This document shows positions 28,226 through 45,401 of a stretch of DNA of 64,000 nucleotides, one piece after another. The stretch's first letter is position 1, and each line of letters opens with the position of its first letter. The notes beneath the pieces are model-generated. The model was given only the letters and a program-made list of their open reading frames with translations. It was not told where the DNA came from and did not search any database. This DNA comes from Eledone cirrhosa. Taxonomy: Eukaryota. Position numbers and translations under genes: made by a program. The stretch covers positions 192,448,001 to 192,512,000 of the forward strand of contig OZ024740.1 in assembly GCA_964016885.1 (NCBI GenBank). Direction: 5' to 3'.

Positions 28226-30282
28226 TTAATTATTGTTAAGGCAACGCTTGTAATAACTCGAGTTAAACATGATATATATTCATAATAAAGTATCGTTGTA
28301 ATCTAATTAGATTATATAATTGTTATTTTATAAATGATCTTATAAATATTATTGTAAGAGGTATAAACATATTTTCAAGACTTTTAATATAAACAGCTAT
28401 AAAAAACAATCAATATTAAATAAATATATTTTACATAATAATTGTTATAGTTGAATTAATAAAAATTAAATATTACATACAAATATAATAATAAAAAAAA
28501 TAATCTAACATAATATTATAAAATAATCTAACATAAAACGAACAATAATATGGACAAATATACAAGTAAATATGATACAACCAATATTATAAGCATGTTA
28601 TAACGAACTGAAAAAAAAAATAGTTAATATAAATAATAAAAAAATCATATATAAATTAACAATATAACTTACCAAAATGCGAAAAATATTTTGATGGTAA
28701 ACGACGAAATACTAGAGGAAGATTCGAAAGCGAAAAGATAAATAAACGTGCAAATAAAATGGCAGATGCTTTTGAGCAACAATTACTCTCGTTGGTTGAT
28801 TAGCCAATAAGAAGATGAAATTATCCAATAAGACATTACAAAATATGTTTGGCAGGGATCACCACGGCCAACCATACCCATTGATTTTTTTTATTCACAA
28901 GCTACGCATGTATGTCACACAGACACGCAGACTTAAAACATTCTGTTGTTAGTCACTGCGTGTCTAACAGATGGGTGTGGTAAGACGTGGTGAAGTTGAC
29001 ATAGGAGTGGTAGTCAGTGGGTCTGTAGAAGATTGAGGTAGAGAAGGTGTGGCGATTGTGGTAGTTAGTGATTGTGGTAGAGATACATGTCGCGAAATTC
29101 TATTGAAGAATCGATGACGGAGTGGTGAAGGTGAGGGTGAGATGAAAATACTGGACGAATGAAAGGAAAAAGCCGTGCTGTTAACGGGAGAGAGAGAGAG
29201 AGATGGTGATATAACGACGGTATAACTCAGGATTTGTTCAAGATGTTGAAAGATCATCTCGGCTTTATTATAGCCCTTGAAAAAGCAGGCATAGTGCATG
29301 CCCATTTGAGTGCGTGCTTGTGTGCGCGCATGTATGTGTGTGCGTGCATGTGTATGTGTGTTTCTGTGTGTGTGTGTGTGTTTGGGTGTGCTTAAGTGTT
29401 AATTTGACACAAGAAGTATTTCGAACACTTCAAATGTTAAATATATTCATCCCTACGCAGATAAATTTAATTATAGTCTAGCACTATAATTTGAAAGGTA
29501 AAATACAACTGAAGGTGAAATAATATGGAGAGAAAAGAGGAAGAGGTTTATCCTCTGCATAGAAAGCAGTATTATAGCCATTGATAACCGAATTAATACC
29601 GTGATCCAAACCAATTCAATCAATGGAAATTACAAATGATCTGTTAATATTTCAAGGTCTCTGGAAAGATATGGCATATATAGTTACGTGCCACACAAAT
29701 ATATATATTGCATTACATATCCATTAAAAGTTTCATAATTGGCTATGTGCATTCACACATTTTACATTTTGAAATTAGTATCATTGTATTTTAAATGCAT
29801 TTATTATACGGCTTATTTAAAATGAAGGCATATTTCACCTTGTTTAATGTAACACTACAATATATATTTTATTTCACACTACCAAGCATGGAATAAATAA
29901 AAACGAAATCTTAAAACATATGTAAATATATGAGAATACGTCAGTGAATAGAATGATTCTTATTAAGAGAACCCACTAAAGAAATACAAAACCAACTCAA
30001 CTTCTAAATCATTATTTCAAATTACACCAGACTACGAAACGCCCCGCACCATATATATATATATGTGTGTGTGGGTGCGGGTGTGGGTGTGCTTGCGTGC
30101 GTGTGTTTGTGTGTGATTGTGTATGGCATGTCTACATCCCAGTTATGGGTCTCAATGAGTGTATGTACGCACACACATATACATATATAGAGAGAGATTT
30201 AATTATTCCGGGTTGAATCGGAGGTAACCACAGTAAGTAAGTAACTCAATACATAGCAAGTATAACAGTTTTAATATAGAAG

Positions 30283-30333
30283 AGCTTCTACAGGACTAGA
30301 ACTGTTTCATTCTTGAGAAATCATCAGGGGGCT
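30283..30333 (-). ncRNA. Type I hammerhead in a pLTR remnant
   Basis: Reverse complement: AGCCCC CTGATGA TTTCT CA AGAAT GAAA CAG TTCTAGTC CTG TA GAAGCT; stem I has two mismatches. Confidence 0.68.
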
Positions 30334-31027
30334 GGCTGTCCAAGTAAGTAGTGATATTTATATATTTACTTTTCTAGTGGTAGGAGAGGGTGGGGATTGT
30401 GATGGATGGAGGTCATTGGTTGAAGTATTTAAAGAAAAGGAGTTCATTAAAAGCTAATTCTTTCAAGCTATAGTATTAACAAAGGCAGAAGGAATATTGT
30501 AAACAAAATCAAATTTGGAAAACCAATCCTAGTTTATCACTTAGAATAACAATGCCTGTAAGGCAGGTGTCTACAGGATGGTTGGTGTTCAATGGTTTAA
30601 AGAAAAGGGAAATTCTTTAGAAGCTAATATTTTATGCTAAAATAAGGGTGACATACAGAAAGGGTTCCATCAACAGATTCAAGTGTTGCGGTGAACCCCC
30701 TATAGTGAAGTTTCTCTTAGTATATATTCCAGGTGTCGACAAACACATTCAAGCATGCGCCCACTTACACACGTACACACACTTACACGCACGCACACAC
30801 AGGCAGGCACGCACACAACAAACATACATAATGGTACATACACATTTTTATTTACATGTATACAAATACATACACATACATATATACATACATATATATG
30901 TGTACATACATTCGCACACATATGCACACGCATATGTATATGTGTATATATATATGTGTATATATATATATGTGTGTGTATATGTCTATATATGTATATA
31001 TATATATATATATATATACATATATAC

Positions 31028-31067
<40 letters not shown>

Positions 31068-31261
31068 CGTAAAATAAGAAAATTAAAAAAAAAATATATA
31101 TATATATATACACGCTCTCATGCATACACACATTCATACGTACACATATACATACATATATACACACGTACGCACATATATACATATACACACACATATA
31201 TATATATATACACATATACGCACATATATATACACATATATACATACACATATACACATAT

Positions 31262-31319
<58 letters not shown>

Positions 31320-31702
31320 AATGAAGAATTAGAAATAGAAGTTAGGAATATCCGTGATCAGTTGTCTACTAGACATCATAGGTATTTCTTGGCATTATAG
31401 ACAATATACCTCCGTCTAGGGCGATATAATAACTAAAATAAGTTATTGGGATAAAAAGAGTTATGTGGAGAAAGAGACACATGTAAACACACGAATGGTG
31501 AGGCAACGTAAAGAGAGGTAAAAACGAAAAAAATCAAGTCAATAATCCATTTCGAACATAAGAACGGGGGAATTTTGACGAGAAAGTAAAGACACATCTT
31601 AGCCGTACGGATGTTAACCGGGAAAAGGATCTCGTATGGTGTGGGACGATGGCGGAAGTGAGAGAGAGGGTGAGTAGCAGAGAGGGGTTGACTGAAAGTG
31701 CG

Positions 31703-34987
<3,285 letters not shown>

Positions 34988-34999
34988 AAAATTGAACCG

Positions 35000-36345
35000 G
35001 AACAAAACCGAGAGGCAGTACGAACAAAGGTTTATTAGTTTCACGCTCTTGAGAGTGGGGTGGTGGTGGGGAACGACGTTTCGGGCATAAACCCTTCTGC
35101 AGACGAAAAGTGTGTGGGAAGAGAGTTCCAAGGGTGTGTAGGGTAGTGGTGGAGAGACATAGAAAAAAGGGGTGAGAGGAAACGGTACAAATGAAATTAA
35201 ATATAAAAGCATAATAAAAATAAAAATAAACATAAAGTAAAATAAGTGGTGGAAGGGTGTGGGGCGTGTAGGTGTGGTGGCGGGTGGAGTGGGGAGAGAG
35301 AGGCGGGGTGTCCGAGCGTGGAGGGCTGAAGGTGGTGTGTGTGTGTGTAGATGTACGTGTGTGTGGGTGTGTGTATGTGAAAGTAAGAGTTGGGGGAAGA
35401 ACGGGGTTGCATGTTCAGGAAAATGTATGTGTGGGATGGGGTGTAGGTAGGTGTGTGTGTGCGTGTGTGGATGGGGAGGGGTCAGAGGGGTGGCGTGAGA
35501 GGATTCCGGAGGCTGATTGTGTAAATATGTGGTGGTACGCACGTGTGTGTTGTGTTTATACGTGCTGTGTATGTAGGTGGCGGGTGGGAAAAAAAATGTT
35601 TTTTAGTGTATGTCCGTGGGTGTGTTCCTAAGGTAGTTCCCTAGAGGATATGGTGGGATGCTGGGTAATTTCCTTGTCATGTAGTTGATTTTGGGGAGCA
35701 TGTCCGAATGTGTGTAATTCGTGGCTGGGTTGATCGGAAGAGGGGAGATGCAGGGTGGGCGCGCAACAGTAAGTGGTCAGAGGGTCAAGGCAGGAGGGTT
35801 GTGTGTCTGTGTGTGCGGAGAGGTGGTCAGAGATTCAGGACATAGGAACAGTCGGAGACAATGGTAAGTGAAGAAAGTCGGTGTGTCAGTGTGTGCGGTG
35901 ATGCGGTGGACAGGGTAGAGGATTGGTAGGTGTGAAAGTTGGAGTGGGGAGGGGTTGTGTGTATTAGTAGAGGTGTTAGTGGGATATATGTGTGTGTGAG
36001 AAGGGGTGTGGGTGGAGCGGGGAGGGAGAGCAGGACCAAAACATGTGGGGGCCGGTGGAGGGAGTATAGTGTACTGGTGTGTGTGTGCGTGTTTGGATCA
36101 GTGTGTGTGTGGTGAAGGGGGTGTTAGTGGGTGTTAGTATACTGGTGGTGGGGAAATGGTTGAATACGGGTGTTAGTGGGTGTCAGTGGTGGTAGGGTGT
36201 GTAGAGTGGGTGGTGTTTAGTGGGTGTGTGTATTCGTGTGCGTGGTTTCGGGGGGCGGGGGCGTGTTAGTGATATTAGTTGCGGGGTGGTGTGGGTGTGA
36301 GGGTTAGTGTTGGTAGTAGGGTGTGTGGTTAGTGTGCGCGCGTGT
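35000..36345 (-). repeat. G/T-rich low-complexity tract ending in a degenerate pLTR hammerhead (~35065-35108)
   Basis: Reverse complement CTGCAGA AGGG TTTATG CCC GAAACGTC; stem I not recoverable. Confidence 0.4.
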
Positions 36346-36349
36346 ATAT

Positions 36350-36396
36350 ATATGACCGGTTTCGTTGGGAACTGCAAAAGCCATCTTTTCAAATGT
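36350..36396 (-). ncRNA. Hammerhead-like motif with UUGAAAA core, second family
   Basis: Reverse complement: ACAT TTGAAAA GATGG..CCAAC GAAA CCGG TC ATAT; stem I weak. Confidence 0.55.
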
Positions 36397-38079
36397 TGAT
36401 TAATATTAAGAAAAATTAATAATAAGAAGAGGTAAAATTTGTGATTTGAAAATTCAAGTATAAAATTCATTGTGGGATTTCACAGTAGTTTTCATCTTGG
36501 TAGCAGCTCGTTTAGCAGCTCGTTGACTGCTGGGTCCCTTTCTGGTAGTGAATGAGAAGTTATTTGGGGTGTGGGTTATTTTATAAAGGTCAAATTTAGC
36601 AGTGGCCAGATGGCCAGCTGCTGGTCAGTGAGGGGGTGGAAGCAATATACATACATATATCTTCCTGTGGTAGGTAGGAGGGGGGAGATTGATAGAAAGG
36701 GATTTAGTGCACTTACACCTATATATACACACATACCTTCATCCACACATACATACATATACATATACATACACATATATACACACATATATATATATAT
36801 ATATATCCATACATATACACACGTACATACATACACACATACATATATATACACACACACACACATACACACACACATATATGCACATACACACACATAT
36901 ATATATATATACACACACATATATATATACATACACATACATCCAGATACACACATACATACACACACACACACACACATATATATATACATATGTGTAC
37001 ATACACATATATACACACATATACATACACATATATATACACCCCACCCCCACACATACATATACACACATACATATATATACATACACACATACAAACA
37101 CACACATATATACACATACAAACACATATATATACACACACACACACACATATATATATACACATACGCATACATCCAGATACACACATACATACACACA
37201 CACACACACATGTATATATATGTGTGTGTGTGTGTATATATATATATGTGTGTGTGTATGTGCATATATGTGTGTGTGTATATATGTGTGTGTGTGTATA
37301 TATATGTATGTGTGTGTGTATGTACGTGTGTATATGTATGGATATATATATATATCAAAACCTCTTATATTTAAATTCTTATTTTATATATCTCTAAATT
37401 TCACTCTCTACCTCTATATTTCTCTCCCTAAATTTATTTCATCTCTGGTATTTTATTTTATCATATAATATGATTTACACCTAATTAATTTATTTATTTA
37501 TTGAAATAACAAATACACACATAAATATATTTAACATTATCATATTTATGCCTTCGTATCTCTATATATTTTAGCCACTCTCAAAAACCACTTTCAATAA
37601 TCTTAATATGTTTAAATTTTCTTCATACATTTTTACTTTTTCCTTATTCGTTTTCATATTTACGTTTTTCATTGTTCACATGTTGTACCATTTTGTATCA
37701 TATTAGATGTAACTTATTTATTTATTTATTTATTTTTATTTACATTTATTCATGTATTAACGTTTATTCATTTATTGTTGACATCATTATTTTCACATAT
37801 TGCTCTTTCTGTCGTACGTTATTTCTCCTTATGCATGGCTCTCCTCTTTCTATCATCATTTATCCATATATTTTCTTCTCTCTATATTTTTATCTGTATT
37901 CATTTCTCCTTTTTCTTCTTCTTTCTCTTTTTCTTTTTCTTTTTCTTTTTATGTCTTTCTTTCCTTTATCTATCTCCCTTTCTATATATTTGTCCCTCTC
38001 TATCTTTATTACTAATACTATTATTGATGATGTAATTTGAATTTGTAAATTTGCCGGTTATATATATATATATTTTGTA

Positions 38080-38191
38080 ACAGTTTCTGATGATCAGGTT
38101 GAGTTAACATCGTATTTGAAATTGAGAGTCACTGCTTCTAGTGTTCAGCAATATTTAGACAACCTAATCAGATAAACAGTTGTTAGACTGT
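38080..38191 (+). ncRNA. Degenerate hammerhead with long stem II (G12 mutated)
   Basis: ACAGTTT CTGATGA TCAGGTTG...CAACCT..GA TAAA CAGTTG TT AGACTGT. Confidence 0.5.
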
Positions 38192-38320
38192 AAATAAATA
38201 CCCTTTTTTGTAGTTGACCATGTTATGCTTCACTTTTTCGATTTTATATATATATACATACATACACATTCATACACACATACATACAATGCAAATACAC
38301 ACATACGCACACACTCACAT

Positions 38321-38368
<48 letters not shown>

Positions 38369-38522
38369 ACATGCACACACATTCATAAACTTACACACAC
38401 ATTTCCCAAAATATATAAATATGCATATATATACATATTTATTTATATATATATACACAGACACACACCACACACACATATATATATACACACATATATG
38501 TATATAAATAAAAACACATACA

Positions 38523-38587
<65 letters not shown>

Positions 38588-38592
<5 letters not shown>

Positions 38593-38704
38593 AACGAGTG
38601 GGACCCCGACGGCTGAGCTCAAGCCGTTTCGACGGCTAATTCTAGTCCAGAATTAGCCGTCGAAACGGGTTGAGCTCAGCTGTCGGGTTCCCACTCGTTC
38701 CTAT
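38588..38704. repeat. GC-rich hairpin made of two hammerhead 3' halves
   Basis: ~56-bp arms around AGTCC; each arm reads GAAACGG..CYGTC GGG; fragment of the same family at 7502-7536. Confidence 0.8.
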
Positions 38705-38780
38705 TACCCACTCTACTACCCTAAGTATTGAGTACTTTGGTACGTTATGGTCCACCTGGTTCCTTACCACATTTCCTTCG

Positions 38781-38887
<107 letters not shown>

Positions 38888-38917
38888 GTTAAAAGAATAG
38901 AGGTGTAACACACAAGT

Positions 38918-39152
38918 TATATATTGGTAAACGGAATAGAAAATGCTGACAAATTGTTCACAGCTGTTCAGAGCAAACAACACGGACACTGTATCTCAAA
39001 ATTATTTTTGAAAAGCATTTAGAAATGCGCAACCGGTCAAAACTTAAAAACTTAAAACCACAACTGAATACTAACCCATACAATACTCGTTTATTCCTAA
39101 TTAAACCATTTTTCAACTGTGAACAATTTGTCAGCATTTTCTATTCCGTTTA

Positions 39153-39160
<8 letters not shown>
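38918..39160. repeat. Short element with ~45-bp terminal inverted repeats
   Basis: TATATTGGTAAACGGAATAGAAAATGCTGACAAATTGTTCACAG and its reverse complement at 39117-39160. Confidence 0.75.
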
Positions 39161-39192
<32 letters not shown>

Positions 39193-39219
39193 AAAATATA
39201 TAAACACCTACATACACAC

Positions 39220-39502
<283 letters not shown>

Positions 39503-39541
39503 GAATTCACAAGAATCAAAACTATGTTCAAAGTATTTATT

Positions 39542-39588
39542 CACTTACAATTGTTTCATCCAAACCTAAGCTTCGAGTCTTCGGAGCA
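39542..39588 (-). ncRNA. Hammerhead with CCGAAGA (U4C) core
   Basis: Reverse complement: TGCT CCGAAGA...GGTTTGGAT GAAA CAATTG TA AGTG; homologous to 58655-58701. Confidence 0.6.
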
Positions 39589-40949
39589 TTTTTCAATGTT
39601 TGTACACATAATTGACCTCCTTTCCAACGCAAGAGACATACAGATACATATATATATATTAATGTACAGTGGAGTGACATATATTATACTATACTATTTT
39701 TGTACAGCAATTCAAATTCAAAATCAAAATCAAAATCATAATCAAAATAAAAATTAAAATTAAAATACAATCGGCAGATAACACAGATAATGCAATGTTT
39801 GACAGTCAGATCTAGTAAGTAGTGTATGCGTTAGTTACACTTGGAGCATGCAAGTGTGTCTCATATTTATACTATTATTGTGTGGCAGGGTGTTGCATGT
39901 AATGCAAGCACTTTAAGCGAGTAAGCAAGATTATTATGGTGGTTATAGTGGTATGTTATTTTTTGTATAGAACAAACAAGTATGTGTGCAGAGAATTAAA
40001 TATAAAAAGAAGAAGCAAAGGAAAGTTATGGTTTTCGTATCCACCACCATTTTCCCAATCAGAAAAAGTAATTGTTTCTACATCCATCACATAAGTAACG
40101 ATGATTCCGTATTGAATGTTTGATGCATTAAAATAAATTATTTCAGCGTATTGAGGCTCAGTGTTATTTAATTCAAGTTTATGAAATAGGTTGATTCTGC
40201 TGCGAGAATTTACAGCGGTTTATTTCCCGGAAGTATGTGTGTAATTAAGGGGAGTTAATGCGTAAGGGGAGGTAACTAGCCGAATCTCATATCTAAATTC
40301 ATTGTTCTAACATACATTATAAGGCGCCTCAATTGAGTCCCTTATATAGACGGTTATACATTTATATCTAGTTTCCAACCTTAAATAGAGTCTACGCTAT
40401 CATGATGTACTACAGGTATCTATATTAAGTTGATTACTCCCTATTATATAGTGCTACAATTGAATTTCCTATACAAAGTGCCATATCCTTATATCAAAGT
40501 TCACTGTAAATACATTCTACTCTCAGAACATATCAGAGGACCTATTAGAATGTTGTCTACATAATCCCTGGCAAGTTATGGAGCAGCGTATGGCTATTTG
40601 CATGGCAAAACAAAATACATCTCTAGGGCAGACAAATACATCCCTCATTTACAATGTCATTAATCTATCGATCAAGTTATACTTGCATATCTAATTCATA
40701 TATAATTCATACATAATTCATTGCAGCACCCTACATATAAGTTAGACAGATCTCTTATGTTAATAAATTAATCTTATATATATCCAATGTTATCACTCCA
40801 TACATTTAATTACAAATGCATAAATAATTCATTTAAAGTTTATATAGACTGTATTGTATCATTATATAATTATAAGTAATTGAAAGTAGTTATATTAAAA
40901 GTAGGTGTTTATGGGGATATTTCTAGGGTATAAAGTTATAGATAGATGG

Positions 40950-42720
40950 AATGATTTGTGTCGAGATAGGGTGGATCAGAGAGTGTGGAGTTGTGGTGTA
41001 AGGTGTGCCTTTGAGGTGTGGTGTTAGAAGTGGTATGGGTTCAGTCCGACATTGTTATACATTGGGTTTAAAGTTTTGGAAGGAGTGCCGGAAGCGGTGC
41101 TGGCACGACGCAAACACTTCCGATTTTTTATTAAGGAGGTTATGGTTTGAGAAGATTATAGTATGGGTCTCTAGTAGACAGAGGTTACATAATTTATTAG
41201 GTGGTCTGTACGAGGCAGCCTGACCTATCACTTCCCATTGAAGTTTATAAGATCTATTTCTAGTTTTTTTAGATAGTGTATGTAGCTAGATAGTGAAGGG
41301 AAGTTGGCTAGACTGTGTTTTTTGAAATAATGGAAATGTGAATTGTATCTGGTTTTGAAGCAGTTCGAAGTAGAGCCGATATAGGTTTCAGAAGAGTTGC
41401 TAGTTCTGACGGTGCATGAGTATATGATGTCCTTGATTAAGCAGTTTTTATCTAAAGGGCAGGTTCTATTAGATCTACAGTTACAATTATTTTGGATGTT
41501 AACCTGCCGGTTATTATGATGTGTAGAAGTCTGGTTGCTAGGTATTGCATTATGGCCCTGGGAGTAGTCGCTCCTAGCGTTATTGCTTTCACTAGTGCTA
41601 TTACTATTATTACTATTGATATTAGGGTTTGCAGGTATTTCGTTGTTTGGAAGGTTTACCCCTGCTGTGTTTTAGTTTGTTGGAAGTAAGTATTAATTTT
41701 ACTCTTATTGCTACTAGCTATGTGTTATGCTATGTTAGGTGTGGTAGTGTAGGAGATTTTAATGGTGTTTTTATTTATAAGACTATGGTACTTGTGGCCT
41801 GATGGGAAGTTTTTATCTAGGATTGAGAAGAAAGCCTTGGGTAGGTTGTTAGAGATGTTTAGATTGAAGGGGGGTTGAAACATGTATTATTTCTTCTTCT
41901 ATTTTTGTTTTTTATGTCTGGTGAGATGGTTCCGTTTATGGTATTTTGGTGTCTTCCCTGGTGTGGGTTACGTTTGTTGCTACCATTCGTAATAGTGTGT
42001 GTGTGGTTATTATTCTTATTACTATTTTTCCTCATGGACATATTGTGCGAAATAATGTTGTAACGATGTGTTTTTATAGGTCGGAACTCGATCTCATTAT
42101 TATGGCCTGATCTAGCTAGTTCCTCAGTTTTTGCTAAATATGGTTTCGTCATAAGATAGATTAGAAATTCTATTGGATATTCCTTTAGAGATAGAGCTTA
42201 ATATTGATCTAGGGTGGTTAGACTTGGGATCTACGTAAATCAGTTTTTCGTTAGGTTTAAGGAATGGTGTATATATTAGGTTTATGGAATGGTGTATCTT
42301 AGAGTCTAGGTAAAGGGTGGCATCTAGGAAGTTAACGTTTTTAGTGTGTTTGTCTATGGTGATGCATAGGTTATAGTTTTTGAAAGTATTGTGCAATAGT
42401 TTTCTAGTTCTTTCTATATTAAATTTGTTATAGTCTATAAGGAGAAGTGCATCATCGCGGTACAAACCACCGTTGAGGTATGGAAGGTCCTTATCGATTT
42501 CGTTTAGTAATTATAGGCTCACCAAATCAGTGACCTGCGCCGAGTCACTAGATCCCATGGTTATGTCGAAGTTGCTATGCGTATCCTTGCGTATGCACAG
42601 GAAGTGGAGCGGGTATTTTGTAGAGTGGGTTTTAAAAAAAAAAGGGGGAATCTTGTTTATCCATCTGGCATTGACACTGATTTAAGGTATCTGAAAGTTG
42701 CAAAGTTTTTGTACATGAAA
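40950..42720 (-). mobile_element. Decayed Naiad-type PLE (RT plus GIY-YIG)
   Basis: FDITMGSSDSAQVTDLV, LYRDDAL, VNFLD, SNHP, CFNPP, CNCRSNRTCPLDKNC, IIYSC..TYIGST..FKTRYNSH. Confidence 0.9.
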
Positions 42721-42739
42721 TTCAGGCAGTGTTCAGAGA

Positions 42740-44135
42740 CTTTCTTCAGTTACGGGCCCTTGGCAAATCATATTTGTTAGCTCTCTGAGATACAAAGTTC
42801 TCAGCACTTGTGTTCTCACTTGTATGAGCGCGCTTGCTGGAGTATTTTCCATTTAACCGTGAAGGGTGAGGCGAAGTTCCTTTTGATGTCCCACACATAG
42901 GAGGCGAGTGTTTTGTGATTTGTTTTGTACGGTTATCTGAAAGAGTGGGTATCGGCATACTTCCGGGTCTTTAAATTATTGGAAGTGATGCCGATGTAAG
43001 TCTTTTGTTGTTGCTATCGTCGGTGCCTGAGATGACATCACATTTGTATACGATGTCATTTGTCAGGCATTTGTTTTCAAGTGTGCAGGCTTCTTTATTT
43101 AGGCAGCTGCACAAAGCTTCAGTCCGAGGATTGTGCTCGGAGGTAGTTGACTTATTTAATTTTTTAGAATTGAGATTCGCTATATTCCTAGCTAGGATAG
43201 GTGTAGTGGAATAGGAGAATTTGATTGTGTTCTTATTGAAGATGGTGTAGTACCTATGTTGAATGGGGAAGTGTGTGTTCATCAAAGTGAAGAAAGTCCT
43301 AGCTATAGGAGTAGAGACCAACTAATTTGCCTATGCCTATTCCTCCTAGAGCATCTTGCAGTGGTTTCTAGGTAAGTTATCTTTTCTTTAAATCCGCTGC
43401 GGGCGAGGACGTCATTGTAGTATGAGGTGGACATGTTAAATATACCTTCATTGGCCAAGAGGCCAGAGATTCTAATTCAGACGATTTTTACAAATCTATC
43501 AGTGATGTTTTGGGGGGTTGTTAGCATTAACATTAATATATCTAAGGGACTCGTTAGATTTGTGGTACGGGTAATAGAGGAAAGTATCTAGGTTGAGGGT
43601 GACATCTAAAAAGTTGGCCCTAGTCATATTAGATTCTATGGTTATACAAAATCCTAGATTACGGGAGAACGGGCTTAAGTTTCTCCGAAACCCATCAGTG
43701 GTTCTGGGGTTAACCTTGTGCAAGGCGAAGAGGTCATCGTCTCGGTATAAACCTCCGGTGACGCCAGTAGAGAGGTTCTTCAGGTGATGTAAAACGTACA
43801 GGCCCAGGAGGTCGCTTATTTCAGCCGATCACTCGCTCCCATGCTGACGTCAAAGGGGGTCTGAGACCTTTTGTTGATCCAGTAAGATCCCTCGTGGTGT
43901 AGAAAGTTCTTAAAAGCATGGAGGATTACATCTTGCTGAGCGTCTGTTATGGTGGTAACATTCCTGGCAAAAGTAAGTGCGTCCTTCAGGAGGGGCTCTG
44001 AGAGAGAAGCATAGTAGTCTTCTATGTCGAGTTGCAGGAAGCGAGTGTGGCGTTTGTCAGGCAATTCTTGGAACCAAGAAATTGTCTCAGATGTTATGCT
44101 CCAGAGTGGGAGTGGTGAGGCAGCCCGCAATGATG
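42740..44135 (-). mobile_element. Second decayed Naiad-type PLE directly upstream
   Basis: FLQLDIEDYYASL, FDVSMGASD, GLYRDD, ANFLDVTLNL, IFNKNTIKFSYSTTP, CSCLNKEACTLENKCL. Confidence 0.9.
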
Positions 44136-44177
44136 GTAGAACTCTAACGAGGATCTTTTTTTGATAGAGCATTTAAG

Positions 44178-44229
<52 letters not shown>

Positions 44230-44230
<1 letters not shown>

Positions 44231-45076
44231 ACAAACATAAATTACCGAGATTCGCATTTAAGCCCACGAAATAACGAAAAACAACCTCCGAGATGTGCGG
44301 CAATTGCTCAATGATTCAGATGAACCAGAGCTATAACAAACCTTAAAGGCCAAACACACTGAGACGATGGATAGACAATCATTCGCATAGCCAAAAATAG
44401 GATCAAGTAATTCGGGTATTGAAAATTTACCCGGACTCCTGGAAGGTTGGTAAAATTCAGTATATGGGTTTCTGCGACTCGTAAATCAAGTACCATCCGC
44501 TTACACAAAAAATGTCAGGCTTCTGGTAAGATGATTGAACAAGGAAGCCACTTTCTCAACAGGTTTTATTTCAATGTTAATACAAGGACTGACTATTGTT
44601 GACCCCACGTGGGGATCGGCAAGGGAGGCAACCCCTATAAAAGGCGAATGAATTCAGTTGTGTATATTTTTGCAAGAATGTAAAAACATCACACATCGAA
44701 TAGAGTTCTCAACAGAAGGGTTAAAATTAACATAAGCTATTCATCAGTCAATAGAATCAACTAAAAAATCAAAAAAATTAACTGGTCAATAGCTAGAGTC
44801 TGGAGAATAATACAAACATAAATTATCGAGATTCGCATTTCAGCCCACGAAATAACGAATAACAACCTCCGAGATGTGCGGCAAGTGCTCAATGATTCAG
44901 ATGAACCAGAGCTATAAAAAACGTTAAAGGCCAAACACAATGAGACGATGGTTAAACAATCATTCGCATAGCCAAAAAAAAACGATCAAGTAATTTGGGT
45001 ATTGAAAATGTACCCGGACCCCTGGAAGGTTGGTAAAATCCAGTATATGGGTTTCTGCGGCTCCTGAATCAAGTAC
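44230..45076. repeat. ~265-bp direct repeats, ~580-bp period (pLTR-like)
   Basis: 44230-44493 matches 44811-45076. Confidence 0.8.
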
Positions 45077-45184
45077 AATATATATATATATATGATGGCT
45101 GCCCCCTCGTTATCGAGTATGGCCATTGCACGAGGAGAAAAAAGATAATAATAAATAAATAAAATAAAAAATAAAAAAAAAGAA

Positions 45185-45215
<31 letters not shown>

Positions 45216-45401
45216 TACATATACACATATACACACATATATATATACACACACACATATACATTAATAACAATAATAATAATAATAAAAACAACAATAA
45301 TAATAACGACAACAACAATAATAATATACATATACATATATATATACACATACACGCACACACATAAACATATCTATATACACACACACACACACACACA
45401 C

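Noticed and set aside
44585-44750. Hammerhead between the 580-bp-period repeats
   Set aside because: Only fragments (CTGATGA; CCCCACGTGGGG hairpin) that do not assemble into a core
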